NCBI GenBank assembly: GCA_028700115.1
Contig: JAQVTI010000001.1
Location: forward strand, 120,001 to 152,000
Origin: Candidatus Iainarchaeum sp.
GTDB taxonomy: Archaea > Iainarchaeota > Iainarchaeia > Iainarchaeales > CSSED10-239
Reading direction: 5' to 3'
DNA: 32,000 nucleotides
Part shown: positions 1 through 9,071 of the stretch, piece after piece
How the letters are laid out: every line of letters starts with the position of its first letter
Numbering within the stretch: the stretch's first letter is position 1
The notes under the pieces: model-generated
Databases searched by the model: none
What the model was told of the DNA's origin: nothing
Seen by the model: the letters and a program-made list of their open reading frames with translations, nothing else
Program-made: the position numbers and the translations under genes

Positions 1-561
1 ATTTAAATCTATTGGAAGAGAATCAGAAGATAATTCTTTTCCAATATTATTATTTTCATCTAAAATTGGAATTTTAGTATTTAATAAAGCTGCAAGAGCT
101 GCAAATTCAGTAGCATCTATTAAATTTCCATCTGCATTAATTGCAATACAATCAATAAAAATAACAAATACTTTTTCACCAGAAACAATAGATAATTTTT
201 TAAAGTCAATAAATTCTGAAGATCTTAAAGCTCTATCAGCAACTCTTCCATATTCAATTGCATCTATTTGTGGGGGTCCAGTAAAAAAATCTGGAGAAGA
301 AATACCTGTTAATTCTAAATTTAAACTCATAGATCCTTCATCAGGAGAATCTGGATAAGGACTACCTACTGCAAACTTAATTCCTGCAATTATTTCTGTA
401 TTACCTAATTTTACCCATGCAGATCCTGCTGCAGATGGAATCACACCTGTTTTTATTTCAAGATTTCTAAATTCATCTAAATTTCTTCCATCTAATCTTT
501 TTCCTTCTTTAATTAATTTTAAAACATTATCTGCATTAACAATATTTAATATACTACTCAT
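1..561 (-). CDS. rrp42: Exosome complex component Rrp42 (partial, runs off left edge)
   Basis: Manual minus-strand translation from ATG at 561: MSSILNIVNADNVLKLIKEGKRLDGRNLDEFRNLEIKTGVIPSAAGSAWVKLGNTEIIAGIKFAVGSPYPDSPDEGSMSLNLELTG..., RNase PH-like Rrp42. Preceded by the SD-like GAAGGTGAT; its ATG overlaps the rrp41 stop (ATGA). Confidence 0.93.
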   Translation of the reverse strand, partial: MSSILNIVNADNVLKLIKEGKRLDGRNLDEFRNLEIKTGVIPSAAGSAWVKLGNTEIIAGIKFAVGSPYPDSPDEGSMSLNLELTGISSPDFFTGPPQIDAIEYGRVADRALRSSEFIDFKKLSIVSGEKVFVIFIDCIAINADGNLIDATEFAALAALLNTKIPILDENNNIGKELSSDSLPIDLN

Positions 562-1283
562 TGTAAATCACCTTCTAATGGATACTTTTCAAGAATTGCT
601 TTCTTTTGAAGTTCATAAACTTTTTCAGCACCCTTTACTCCTACAGAAATTATTTTTTTCCAATCTTTTTGATTTACAAAACCATCCATTTGCATTAAAA
701 CAATTTCATTTTGTGGCATTAAAACCCCAATTGCTGTGTCTACAGCATCAAAAGTATCTTCTTCATCTTTTGTTAAATCTAAAACAAATTCTCCATTTGC
801 TCTTCCTGAAGCAACAGCACTAACAAGACCTTTCATTGGAAGACCTGCATCAGCACACGCTAAAGATGCAGCTGTTAATGCAGCAGCTCTTGTTCCAGCA
901 TCCGCAGAAAGAATTATTGAATTTATATCAATAACAGTATTTGGAAATTGCTCTAAATCAATTGCTTTTTCTAAAGCAAACCCAGAAACTAAAGAAATTT
1001 CTTTATCTCTTTTTCCAGGAACTGGATTTTTTCTATCAGATACTGAAAAAGGAGCCATTCTATATCTATAATCAATTACAGCCTTTGTAGAATCTGCTAA
1101 ATGTTTTGGAAACATTGGTTTTGGTCCATGAACAGTAGCAATAACTATATTTCTACCCCATTCTAAATAACAGGAACCATCTGCACTTTTTACAACACCT
1201 AATTTTATATTTATAGGTCTTAATTGATCTATTTGTCTATTATCTAATCTTGTCATATTATCACACTCATATATTTTTCTCAA
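558..1283 (-). CDS. rrp41: Exosome complex exonuclease Rrp41 (real start may be ATG at 1256, after GTGAT)
   Basis: RLDNRQIDQLRPINIKLGVVKSADGSCYLEWGRNIVIATVHGPKP... is typical archaeal Rrp41/RNase PH; located between rrp4 and rrp42. Confidence 0.96.
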   Translation of the reverse strand: MRKIYECDNMTRLDNRQIDQLRPINIKLGVVKSADGSCYLEWGRNIVIATVHGPKPMFPKHLADSTKAVIDYRYRMAPFSVSDRKNPVPGKRDKEISLVSGFALEKAIDLEQFPNTVIDINSIILSADAGTRAAALTAASLACADAGLPMKGLVSAVASGRANGEFVLDLTKDEEDTFDAVDTAIGVLMPQNEIVLMQMDGFVNQKDWKKIISVGVKGAEKVYELQKKAILEKYPLEGDLQ

Positions 1284-1878
1284 TATATTCTTTTATTGAA
1301 TTTGTAAGGTTTGATTTTTGAGAATTATTTATAATCAAATTAATTGCATTTTCTAAAATTAAATAATTATCACAATTATACCAAATCCAACCATTTTTAC
1401 CAATAACAATATTGGCTTTAAGTAAATTTTTAAATAAATTAAGCATAGAATCATTTTTACCAATAAGCCTTGGAACTTTTACAGGAGATGCATTAAAAAG
1501 TCTTCCTTTTGGTAAAATATTTATATGATCTATATCAATAGTATCATTATCATTAACACTAGAAAGCCTTGCAAAAATAATTTGCCCTTTTTTAAGTTCT
1601 TTTTTAATCATTGATTTTGGTAAAAAAGTATCTGTAAAAGAATTATATTCTAAAACATAACCATTTGGAAGATCATCTTTTACAATCAAAATAATCCCAT
1701 CATTAACATTTGGCTTATAAATCCCATTTAAAGCAACAACTGAAATATAATCTGTTGATTCAGATAATAACCCAACAACTTGACTATAAACTTTATTATT
1801 TAAAAGAAAAACATTTGATCCTAATTTTTTTCGTTGATCAGTTAGAAACTCTCCTGGGATTACAATTTTTTTATCCAT
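1267..1878 (-). CDS. rrp4: Exosome complex RNA-binding component Rrp4
   Basis: N-terminal IVIPGEFL, S1-like region, KH-like 'ANIVIGKNGWIWY'; position in the exosome operon. Confidence 0.93.
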   Translation of the reverse strand: MDKKIVIPGEFLTDQRKKLGSNVFLLNNKVYSQVVGLLSESTDYISVVALNGIYKPNVNDGIILIVKDDLPNGYVLEYNSFTDTFLPKSMIKKELKKGQIIFARLSSVNDNDTIDIDHINILPKGRLFNASPVKVPRLIGKNDSMLNLFKNLLKANIVIGKNGWIWYNCDNYLILENAINLIINNSQKSNLTNSIKEYIEKNI

Positions 1879-1952
1879 TTTTAAATCACACTCACTATTA
1901 AATTTAAGATATTTATAAAATTTATAATTATTTAAAAAAAATCTTTAAAAAA

Positions 1953-2660
1953 TTAAATATCTTCTTCAACTTTTAAAATAATATTACCATGTGTAACATT
2001 ATTTAATTCAGAAACTAATTGATTTTTAAGACCAGAAGCAATCTTTATTTTTGCAATAAGACTACCATTTGAAAGCCATTTTTGATCAATAATTTCATAT
2101 TTATAAACAACTGATGAAGCTCTACCAGAATAACTTGCTGGAATTTCAACAGAAACTATAATTTTCTCTAAAGAAATTGGCATAATTCTTTTTAATTTAT
2201 CTAAAATTTCTTCAATTTCTTTATCTTTTGTTTTATTTAAATTTATTTTTATTTTTAATTCCTCAAATGCATTTCTTATTCTTTGTTCTGGTATTGGGGT
2301 TTTATTTTTAGGATCATGAGCATTTGTTTTAATAAAAGTAATTATTTCATTTTCTCTTTTTTCAACCATTTGTTGTTTTTGAACAGTAGTTAATTGAACA
2401 TCTCCATGCATTATTATTTCTTTTGCAATTTTAAAAAAATCTGTAGTCCCAAAAATACTACTTAAATCTTCTTTTGAAGCTTCTTCTCCTTTTTTAGCAT
2501 CAGTATATACAGCTTCATAAGCAACCATATTGTCTATAGAAATATCTTTACCATGTTTAAAATCCCATGCCATGAAAGGATCAACATAAATTTCAAAATT
2601 TAATTCATTTTTTTTTAATCTTGCAAGAACTGCATCATCCATTTTAACCATAACAATCAT
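1953..2660 (-). CDS. sdo1: Ribosome maturation protein SDO1/SBDS homolog
   Basis: 235 aa; 'EVYVDPFMAWDFKHG...', 'SSIFGTTDFFKIAKEIIMHGDVQLTTVQK' and 'RIRNAFEELKIKINLNKTKDKEIEEILDKLKRIMPI' are SBDS signatures. Confidence 0.94.
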   Translation of the reverse strand: MIVMVKMDDAVLARLKKNELNFEIYVDPFMAWDFKHGKDISIDNMVAYEAVYTDAKKGEEASKEDLSSIFGTTDFFKIAKEIIMHGDVQLTTVQKQQMVEKRENEIITFIKTNAHDPKNKTPIPEQRIRNAFEELKIKINLNKTKDKEIEEILDKLKRIMPISLEKIIVSVEIPASYSGRASSVVYKYEIIDQKWLSNGSLIAKIKIASGLKNQLVSELNNVTHGNIILKVEEDI

Positions 2661-3376
2661 ATAAATTTATTTATTTTTTCAACAGATATTCTTTCACAAA
2701 TTTTATCAGAAACAAAATATGCTTCTAAATTACTAGCAATTAATTTTTGTTTAGATTCTAAATTTTGTGAAAGTGTTTTTAATGCTAATTTTAATGCATC
2801 ATCACTTGATAATTTTTCTTTAAAATTTTTTTCTAAAAAAGACATTAGTTTATTTCTATTTTGACCAATTGCAGCAGCTTTATAAGAAGTTGTTGCCCCA
2901 CTAGGTTCTGTTTCAAAAATATGATTTCCTAAAGAATCAAAACCAATTGTTAAAGTAGAAACCCCAAAAGGTCTTGCCCCACCATACTGGGTATAATATT
3001 GAACTATATTTGCTACTTTTTTAACTAATGTTTCTATCTCTATAGGATCATCATAATATACTTTATTCTCTTGAGCAATTTGTCTTGCAAAATCTACAAG
3101 TCTTCTACCATCTCCAATTAAACCAGAACATGCGATCCATATATGCTTATCTATTTTAAAAATTTTTTCAATAGAATCTGGGATAATTAAAGAAGAATAT
3201 ATTTTTTTATCAGCAACAACAACAACACCTTCCTTATAAGTAATTGCTACTGCTGGAGATCCTTTTTCTATAATTTTTGAAGCATAATCTACTTGATATA
3301 GATGACCTTCAGGACTAAAAACTGTAATTGAACGATCATAGGCTTGTGCCATATTAGCACCAGAAACTGGAAACAA
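2657..3376 (-). CDS. psmA: Proteasome alpha subunit (probable TTG start at 3376 after GGTGAAT)
   Basis: 'AQAYDRSITVFSPEGHLYQVDYASKIIEKGSPAVAI' is the classic proteasome alpha N-terminus. Confidence 0.96.
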   Translation of the reverse strand: MFPVSGANMAQAYDRSITVFSPEGHLYQVDYASKIIEKGSPAVAITYKEGVVVVADKKIYSSLIIPDSIEKIFKIDKHIWIACSGLIGDGRRLVDFARQIAQENKVYYDDPIEIETLVKKVANIVQYYTQYGGARPFGVSTLTIGFDSLGNHIFETEPSGATTSYKAAAIGQNRNKLMSFLEKNFKEKLSSDDALKLALKTLSQNLESKQKLIASNLEAYFVSDKICERISVEKINKFI

Positions 3377-3545
3377 AATTATTCACCTTTTTTATTTTTT
3401 ATATAATTTTATTTATATAATCAAACATAATCTAAAATTAGATCTATTTTTTTAAATCTTCTTTTCTATATAATATATATAGTTAACACTTATAAATATA
3501 TTGGAAAAATGAAAATATTATAAAAACATAAAAAATATAAAAAAT

Positions 3546-3887
3546 TTAAGAAATTAAAGACTTTAAAGTAAAAGATTGCTTTTCTATAAAAAGTAATCCT
3601 AAATCATTATTTATATAAAAAAGAGAACTTAAAAAATCATTTAAAAATAATTTATTAACTCTTATAATTATAATATTATTTTTAAAATCTAAAACAGAAA
3701 TATTTGCCGAAGAAGTTTTAAATAAACCATGTGTTTTTTGAAAATTTTTAATAAATATATATGCTAATTTTTTATTATCATAAGAAGATAAATCATTAAA
3801 ACAACTAATTTTTAAATATCTTTTTTTATGTCTTAAAGTAGGTCTAATAACATTAATTTTTTTAAATTTAATCATATTTTTCCACAA
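3546..3887 (-). CDS. Ribonuclease P protein component 2 (Pop5)
   Basis: 'RPTLRHKKRYLKISCF' N-terminal Pop5 signature; adjacent to the Rpp30 homolog in the exosome super-operon. Confidence 0.85.
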   Translation of the reverse strand: MWKNMIKFKKINVIRPTLRHKKRYLKISCFNDLSSYDNKKLAYIFIKNFQKTHGLFKTSSANISVLDFKNNIIIIRVNKLFLNDFLSSLFYINNDLGLLFIEKQSFTLKSLIS

Positions 3888-4488
3888 ATTTATTATAATC
3901 TAAAATATTATTTAAGATATCTTGGTCTAAATTAAATTCTTTTAAAAAATTAAAAAGAACTTGTTTTGAACAAAGAGAATTTAGATCTTTTGCAAAAGAA
4001 CAAAAATACATATTAATTAATTTTTGTTTAAGAAGTAATATAATAAATTGAGCTTGTTTTATATTTTTTTGAAAATTCTTAGATCTAAAAGAATTATAAT
4101 TAAAAACAACTTTAATATTATTTATTTTACACAAATTAGAACATTGCTCATCAAAAATTAGAGAATCAGATAAAGGATTATATAAATATTTAATATTTTT
4201 ATTAATTAAAAATTTTGTAAGTTTATTACTTTTAGAAAAATTTGGATTAAATAAAATTATTTTTTTATCTAAATCTTTTAAAATAGAAATATCCTCTATA
4301 AGATAAATATATTCTAAAGAAATTTTTTTAAAAGAAGAAAAATCAGGATTTAAAATAATATCTTTTTTTGAAACAATAGGAACTATTACAAAAATTTTAT
4401 TAAAACCTAATTTTAAAAATATATTTTCTAGTTCTTTTGGATTTGAAGAATCTATTAAATCTTTATAAACTATATCAAAAAATTTCAT
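3868..4488 (-). CDS. Ribonuclease P protein component 3 (Rpp30)
   Basis: 'MKFFDIVYKDLIDSSNPKELENIFLKLGFNKIFVI' PHP/TIM-barrel-like Rpp30 pattern, plus conserved synteny with Pop5; sequence is divergent. Confidence 0.8.
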   Translation of the reverse strand: MKFFDIVYKDLIDSSNPKELENIFLKLGFNKIFVIVPIVSKKDIILNPDFSSFKKISLEYIYLIEDISILKDLDKKIILFNPNFSKSNKLTKFLINKNIKYLYNPLSDSLIFDEQCSNLCKINNIKVVFNYNSFRSKNFQKNIKQAQFIILLLKQKLINMYFCSFAKDLNSLCSKQVLFNFLKEFNLDQDILNNILDYNKFVEKYD

Positions 4489-4602
4489 AAAAATACCTTT
4501 ATTTGAAATAAATTTTTATATTTTCTAAAAAAAATAAAAAATATAATAAATATATTTATTATAAAGAATTTATAAACATATACATTATTTAAAAATAAAA
4601 AA

Positions 4603-6309
4603 CTACATTTTAGAAGGGATATTTATACCTAAAAGATACAATGCATTTTCTAAAACAATATAAAATGCTTTTGTAAATAAAAGCCTATTTGTAGAAATTG
4701 ATTTATTATTACATAGAACATGACAAGAATTATAAAATTTATTAAAAATATGAGATAATTCAATTACATAATTTGCAATAATATTTGGTTTAAAGTCTTT
4801 AGATGCATATATAACTTTTTCTTTAAATTCATTTAATTTATTAATTAATAATAACTCTTCTTTTTCAAAATCATCTTTTAAAAATAAAAAATCAGTATTA
4901 AAATTATTAAAATTAGATTTATCTAAAATACTTTTAGCTCTCACACCACTATATTGAACATAAGCAGAAGAATCACCATTAAGATCTGTAGATTTATTTA
5001 TATCAAAAACAATTGTTTTAAAAATAGAATTTTTTAATAATTCAAATTTTATAGTCCCAAAAGAAATATCTTTTATTACTTGACTATCTTTATCTAAACC
5101 ATTTTGATCTAAAACAAAATTTACTTTTTCAAATAAAGCATCTCTAAAATCTTCATATAAAAATAAAGACCCACTTCTAGATTTCATTTTTCCTTCAGGA
5201 GTATTTACAAGACCATGAGATATATGTTTATTATCTAAATTAGGATAAATTATTTTAAATAATTTAAATAATTGCTCAAAATAAAATTCTTGTTCAGAAG
5301 CAACAATATACAAAAAATTATTACAATCTTTAAATTTCTCTTTTTTAAGATTAATTAAACCAATATCTTTAGCACCGTATAAAAGTGCATGATTACTTTT
5401 AATAATAATAAAATTACCAAGATGCTTGTCATTTAAATCTGCAACAATTGCACCTTGATCTTCTTTAAAAATATAGTTATATTTATTAAAAAGGCCTTCT
5501 TTAATTTCATTAAATTTTTTCTCAGATTGACTTTCAAAAAAGTTAAAACATAAATTAATATCTAATTCTTTTGCAACTTCCATATACCCATTAAAACTAG
5601 AATCTATGAAAAGCTTTAATCTATTTTGTAAATTAATATTTTTAATTAATTGAATTTGATAACTTTCAACTTGAGCTTTATATAAATCTTTATTTTCTAA
5701 AATTTTTTCACCAGCAAGAATGTATATATTACCAAACCATTTACTTTTATCTTTTTCAGGAATTAATTTTTTATTTTCAGCTAAAAAATTATCATAATAC
5801 CAAAGCCATTTTGCAATATGTGTCCCAACATCCCCCATATAAGAAACTGGTCTTGGATCAAAACCTGTAAATTTAAGTAATCTACAAATTGATTCTCCAA
5901 CAACTCCATTTCTAATGTGACCTATATGAAGCATCTTTAAAGGATTTGGTTGAAAAGTGTCAATTACAAAAGATTTATTTTTACCAAAATCAGATTTACC
6001 AAAATCTTTTTTTTTATTTAAAATCTCGGAAATTACATTTTTAACTAAAATTGAAGAATTAATAGTTGCATTTAAATAACCATTTAGTGATTTAAAACTA
6101 AAAATATCAGAAAAAATATTTTCAGATAAATTATTAGAAATTACTACTGGAGATTTTTTTAAAGATTTAGATAAAAAAAAACAAGGAAAAGAAAAATTTC
6201 CCAAATCTATTTTTGGAGGTATTTCTATAAGATCATATATTTCTTGAAAATTAAAATCAGAACCTAATTGTTCTAAAATAAGATCTGCAAAACACTTTTT
6301 ATAATCCAT
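4603..6309 (-). CDS. argS: Arginyl-tRNA synthetase
   Basis: 568 aa; class I HIGH motif 'PLKMLHIGHIRNGVVGESICRLL', KMSKS-like 'EGKMKSRSGSLFLYEDF', C-terminal DALR-type anticodon-binding region 'IIANYVIELSHIFNKFYNSCHVL'. Confidence 0.93.
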   Translation of the reverse strand: MDYKKCFADLILEQLGSDFNFQEIYDLIEIPPKIDLGNFSFPCFFLSKSLKKSPVVISNNLSENIFSDIFSFKSLNGYLNATINSSILVKNVISEILNKKKDFGKSDFGKNKSFVIDTFQPNPLKMLHIGHIRNGVVGESICRLLKFTGFDPRPVSYMGDVGTHIAKWLWYYDNFLAENKKLIPEKDKSKWFGNIYILAGEKILENKDLYKAQVESYQIQLIKNINLQNRLKLFIDSSFNGYMEVAKELDINLCFNFFESQSEKKFNEIKEGLFNKYNYIFKEDQGAIVADLNDKHLGNFIIIKSNHALLYGAKDIGLINLKKEKFKDCNNFLYIVASEQEFYFEQLFKLFKIIYPNLDNKHISHGLVNTPEGKMKSRSGSLFLYEDFRDALFEKVNFVLDQNGLDKDSQVIKDISFGTIKFELLKNSIFKTIVFDINKSTDLNGDSSAYVQYSGVRAKSILDKSNFNNFNTDFLFLKDDFEKEELLLINKLNEFKEKVIYASKDFKPNIIANYVIELSHIFNKFYNSCHVLCNNKSISTNRLLFTKAFYIVLENALYLLGINIPSKM

Positions 6310-6334
6310 TTTAAATCAAAATAAAATTTATAAG

Positions 6335-6407
6335 CGAGTCCGGAGGGATTCGAACCCTCGACCCACAGCTTAGAAGGCTGTTGCCCTATCCACTAGGCCA
6401 CGGACCC
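6335..6407 (-). tRNA. tRNA-Arg (anticodon TCT)
   Basis: Minus-strand cloverleaf: acceptor GGGTCCG/CGGACTC, D-stem GCCT/GGGC, anticodon stem ACAGC-CTTCTAA-GCTGT (anticodon TCT), T-arm GAGGG-TTCGAAT-CCCTC; G73; no encoded CCA. Confidence 0.95.
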
Positions 6408-6428
6408 AATATAATATAGTATAGCAAA

Positions 6429-6438
6429 ATATATAAAT
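6429..6438 (-). promoter_or_regulatory. Candidate TATA box for tRNA-Arg (and possibly argS)
   Basis: AT-rich TATA-like element (forward ATATATAAAT; minus-strand ATTTATATAT) centred about 26 nt upstream of the tRNA 5' end. Inferred by position only. Confidence 0.35.
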
Positions 6439-6480
6439 AGTAACTTTATTTGAACTAAAAAAAAATATAAAAAAGAAAAC

Positions 6481-7989
6481 CTATTGGTTTTCTAAAATAA
6501 TTTGATATTGTTCATTCAAATATTCTGATTCAGAAGCATATTTATCCATAATTGGTAAAACAATTTTTTCTTGCCCTAAAGAATCTTTTAAACTAAATAA
6601 AAGTCTATGTGTTTCTAAATAAACTCCTTGTTCTTGAGCACATCTAGAAAATACAGCTGGGAAAATTGCAGAAGTTTCATGAACAACAAAATCTTTAATA
6701 ACAAGATATGCTTTATTTGTGTCCACATATTCCTCTATAAACTTTTCTTGAGTATCTTTTTCAAATAATGTACAATATGGACAATCATAATCTGTAAAAA
6801 CATAAACCCCAAAATTAGAATATTTATTTCCAATAACATAATCGTTTGAATTTTCTAAAACAGTAGAATCAATTAACTTATATACAAAATCAAGACCACT
6901 AGAAGAAACTAAATTAGGCATAACAAATGGATTTAAAAGATAACCTTTTGATTTTGTTTCTATAAATAATTGCTCAAAAAAACTTTGAAAATTTTGATCA
7001 TAAACATCATCTTCAAAAATATTTCCTTCAATATATATAGCTGGGATTGAATCTATTTGAGAACCTTCTATAATTTTTTTAGCATTATCAGATTCATAAG
7101 AAAGATAAATAGTTTCAAAAGAATCTAAAATATCTGTGAAAAATTCTTTAACATCTAAAGTTAAATTTTCTGAATTTTTTAAAGAATTTATAAATTCAAT
7201 TGTATTTTGTTTAGAAACAGCATTATTTTCATTTGTAATAATATATATTTTTGGAACAGAATTTACATCTGAAATAAAAGTATTATTATAATCAAAAGAA
7301 ATAATTGGATCATTTAAAGTAAAATCAATTTTTTCTTTAAAAGAATTATAATCAACATATCCTGGTAACAAATAACCATTTAAATATATTCCAGGAGTAC
7401 CTGTTATTCCTAAAACATTAGCAAGAGAAATATCTTCAGTAATTTTTTTTATAATATCTGCTTTTTCAAGATTTAAATTTGGATTTGAATAATCATTTTC
7501 TATAATACAAGCATCCATTAATTCTTTATTAATATTTAAATCTTTATAATATGGTTCTAAAACTTCTAATTGTGCAAACTTTATATCTCTAAAAATATTT
7601 GATTGAAGAGAAGTCACTCTTTCTTCAAATTCTTCTAAACTAAGATTTTCTACAATATTGTTATCTATTTGATTTTCATCTAAAAAAGAATTTTGATCAA
7701 TAGATGAAGAACTGTCAATATTTTTAGGATATAAAATAATTAAAATTACAATTGCAATAATTAATAAACCTAAAACAATAATTGTTGCAATATCTTTAGA
7801 TTTATATTTTTTAGTAGACTTTACTTTAGAAATCTTTTTTTTATCATTAGAAGACGCATCTTTCTTTTTAGAAACAATATTATTATCAGAAATAGAATTT
7901 TTCTTTTTTGAAATATTCTTATTTTCTTTAACTACAACCTTTTTTTGTAGTTTCTTTTTATTACTTTTTTTAGTTGCCAAAATAACCAC
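6481..7989 (-). CDS. Membrane-anchored DsbA/thioredoxin-fold protein (probable TTG start at 7980)
   Basis: Lys-rich N-terminus, one TM helix 'IATIIVLGLLIIAIVILIILYP'; C-terminal thioredoxin-fold domain with CxxC 'YVFTDYDCPYCTLFEKDTQEKFIEEYV'; earlier 'NVLGITGTPGIYLNGYLLPGY' resembles a DsbA cis-Pro region. Confidence 0.82.
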   Translation of the reverse strand: MVILATKKSNKKKLQKKVVVKENKNISKKKNSISDNNIVSKKKDASSNDKKKISKVKSTKKYKSKDIATIIVLGLLIIAIVILIILYPKNIDSSSSIDQNSFLDENQIDNNIVENLSLEEFEERVTSLQSNIFRDIKFAQLEVLEPYYKDLNINKELMDACIIENDYSNPNLNLEKADIIKKITEDISLANVLGITGTPGIYLNGYLLPGYVDYNSFKEKIDFTLNDPIISFDYNNTFISDVNSVPKIYIITNENNAVSKQNTIEFINSLKNSENLTLDVKEFFTDILDSFETIYLSYESDNAKKIIEGSQIDSIPAIYIEGNIFEDDVYDQNFQSFFEQLFIETKSKGYLLNPFVMPNLVSSSGLDFVYKLIDSTVLENSNDYVIGNKYSNFGVYVFTDYDCPYCTLFEKDTQEKFIEEYVDTNKAYLVIKDFVVHETSAIFPAVFSRCAQEQGVYLETHRLLFSLKDSLGQEKIVLPIMDKYASESEYLNEQYQIILENQ

Positions 7990-8101
7990 CTTAATTTTTT
8001 ATTATTTAAAATATTATTTTAAAAAACAATAGATAATATAAAAAAGATAGAAAATGTTTATAAACATACTTTATTTAATGTTTTCTTACAATATAAATAA
8101 T

Positions 8102-9070
8102 ATGGATAAAGAAAAAATATTTAAAGACTTAAAAAAGAAACAATATGGTATTTTTGGAGATCATAGTGCGGTAGAAATTTGTGAATGGAATAAAAAAGCA
8201 TTAAGAGGAGAAGGAGTTTGCTATAAACAAAAATTTTATAATGCAGACTGTCACAGATGTGCACAAATTACCCCTGCTGTTATTTGGTGTCATCAAAATT
8301 GTATTTTTTGTTGGAGACCTGCAAATTATATGAAAGAACATATTCTTAAAGGAAAAATAAATGAACCAAAAGAAATAATAGATAATCTTTTTGAAGAAAG
8401 AAAAAAATTATTAAACGGATTTGGAGGAAATCCAAAAGTAGATAAAGAATTTTATAAAGAAGCATTAATACCATCTCATGTAGCAATATCTCTTGCAGGA
8501 GAACCAACTATATATCCTAAAATAGGAGAACTTATAAATGAACTTAAAAGCAGAGAAGAAATTAAAACAATTTTTTTAGTAACAAATGGATTAGAACCAA
8601 AAAGACTAAAAGAATTAAATGATAAAAATAATCTTCCAACACAATTATATTTATCTATAGAAGCATGTAATTATGATATGCATTTAAAAATAAACAGACC
8701 AAAAATAAAAGACTCTTGGCAAAGACTAAATGAAACAATAAAACTAATGCCAATTTTAAATTGTAGACGGGTAGTAAGATTTACTTTAATAAAAGGATTA
8801 AATGATTCTTTAGAATATATAGATGATTTTTTAAAAATGTTTGAAGAAACACAAACAGACTTTATAGAAATAAAATCATATATGTTTTTGGGGGAATCAA
8901 GAGAAAATTTAAAAAAAGAAAATATGCCAACACATACAGAAGTAGAAAACTATGCTAAAGAAATTGAAAAAAGATCTGAAAATTACTCTGTAATAGATAG
9001 ACAAGTTGCTTCCAGAATAGTACTTTTAAAAAATAAGAATAGCAAATATAGAAATTTCATAAAAGATTAA
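8102..9070 (+). CDS. taw1: tRNA 4-demethylwyosine synthase (radical SAM, Taw1/TYW1-like)
   Basis: 'MDKEKIFKDLKKKQYGIFGDHSAVEICEWNKKALRGEGVCYKQKFYNADCHRCAQITPAVIWCHQNCIFCWRP' contains the radical SAM CxxxCxxC and the extra Taw1 Cys motifs. Upstream in-frame ATG at 8054 judged unlikely. Confidence 0.93.
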   Translation: MDKEKIFKDLKKKQYGIFGDHSAVEICEWNKKALRGEGVCYKQKFYNADCHRCAQITPAVIWCHQNCIFCWRPANYMKEHILKGKINEPKEIIDNLFEERKKLLNGFGGNPKVDKEFYKEALIPSHVAISLAGEPTIYPKIGELINELKSREEIKTIFLVTNGLEPKRLKELNDKNNLPTQLYLSIEACNYDMHLKINRPKIKDSWQRLNETIKLMPILNCRRVVRFTLIKGLNDSLEYIDDFLKMFEETQTDFIEIKSYMFLGESRENLKKENMPTHTEVENYAKEIEKRSENYSVIDRQVASRIVLLKNKNSKYRNFIKD

Positions 9071-9071
9071 T

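Noticed and set aside
578-1071. Plus-strand ORFs 578..823 and 736..1071
   Set aside because: Antisense to rrp41 with low-complexity Leu/Ser-rich translations; shadow ORFs.
1710-1901. Plus-strand ORF of 63 aa
   Set aside because: Antisense to rrp4, no family resemblance or ribosome-binding support.
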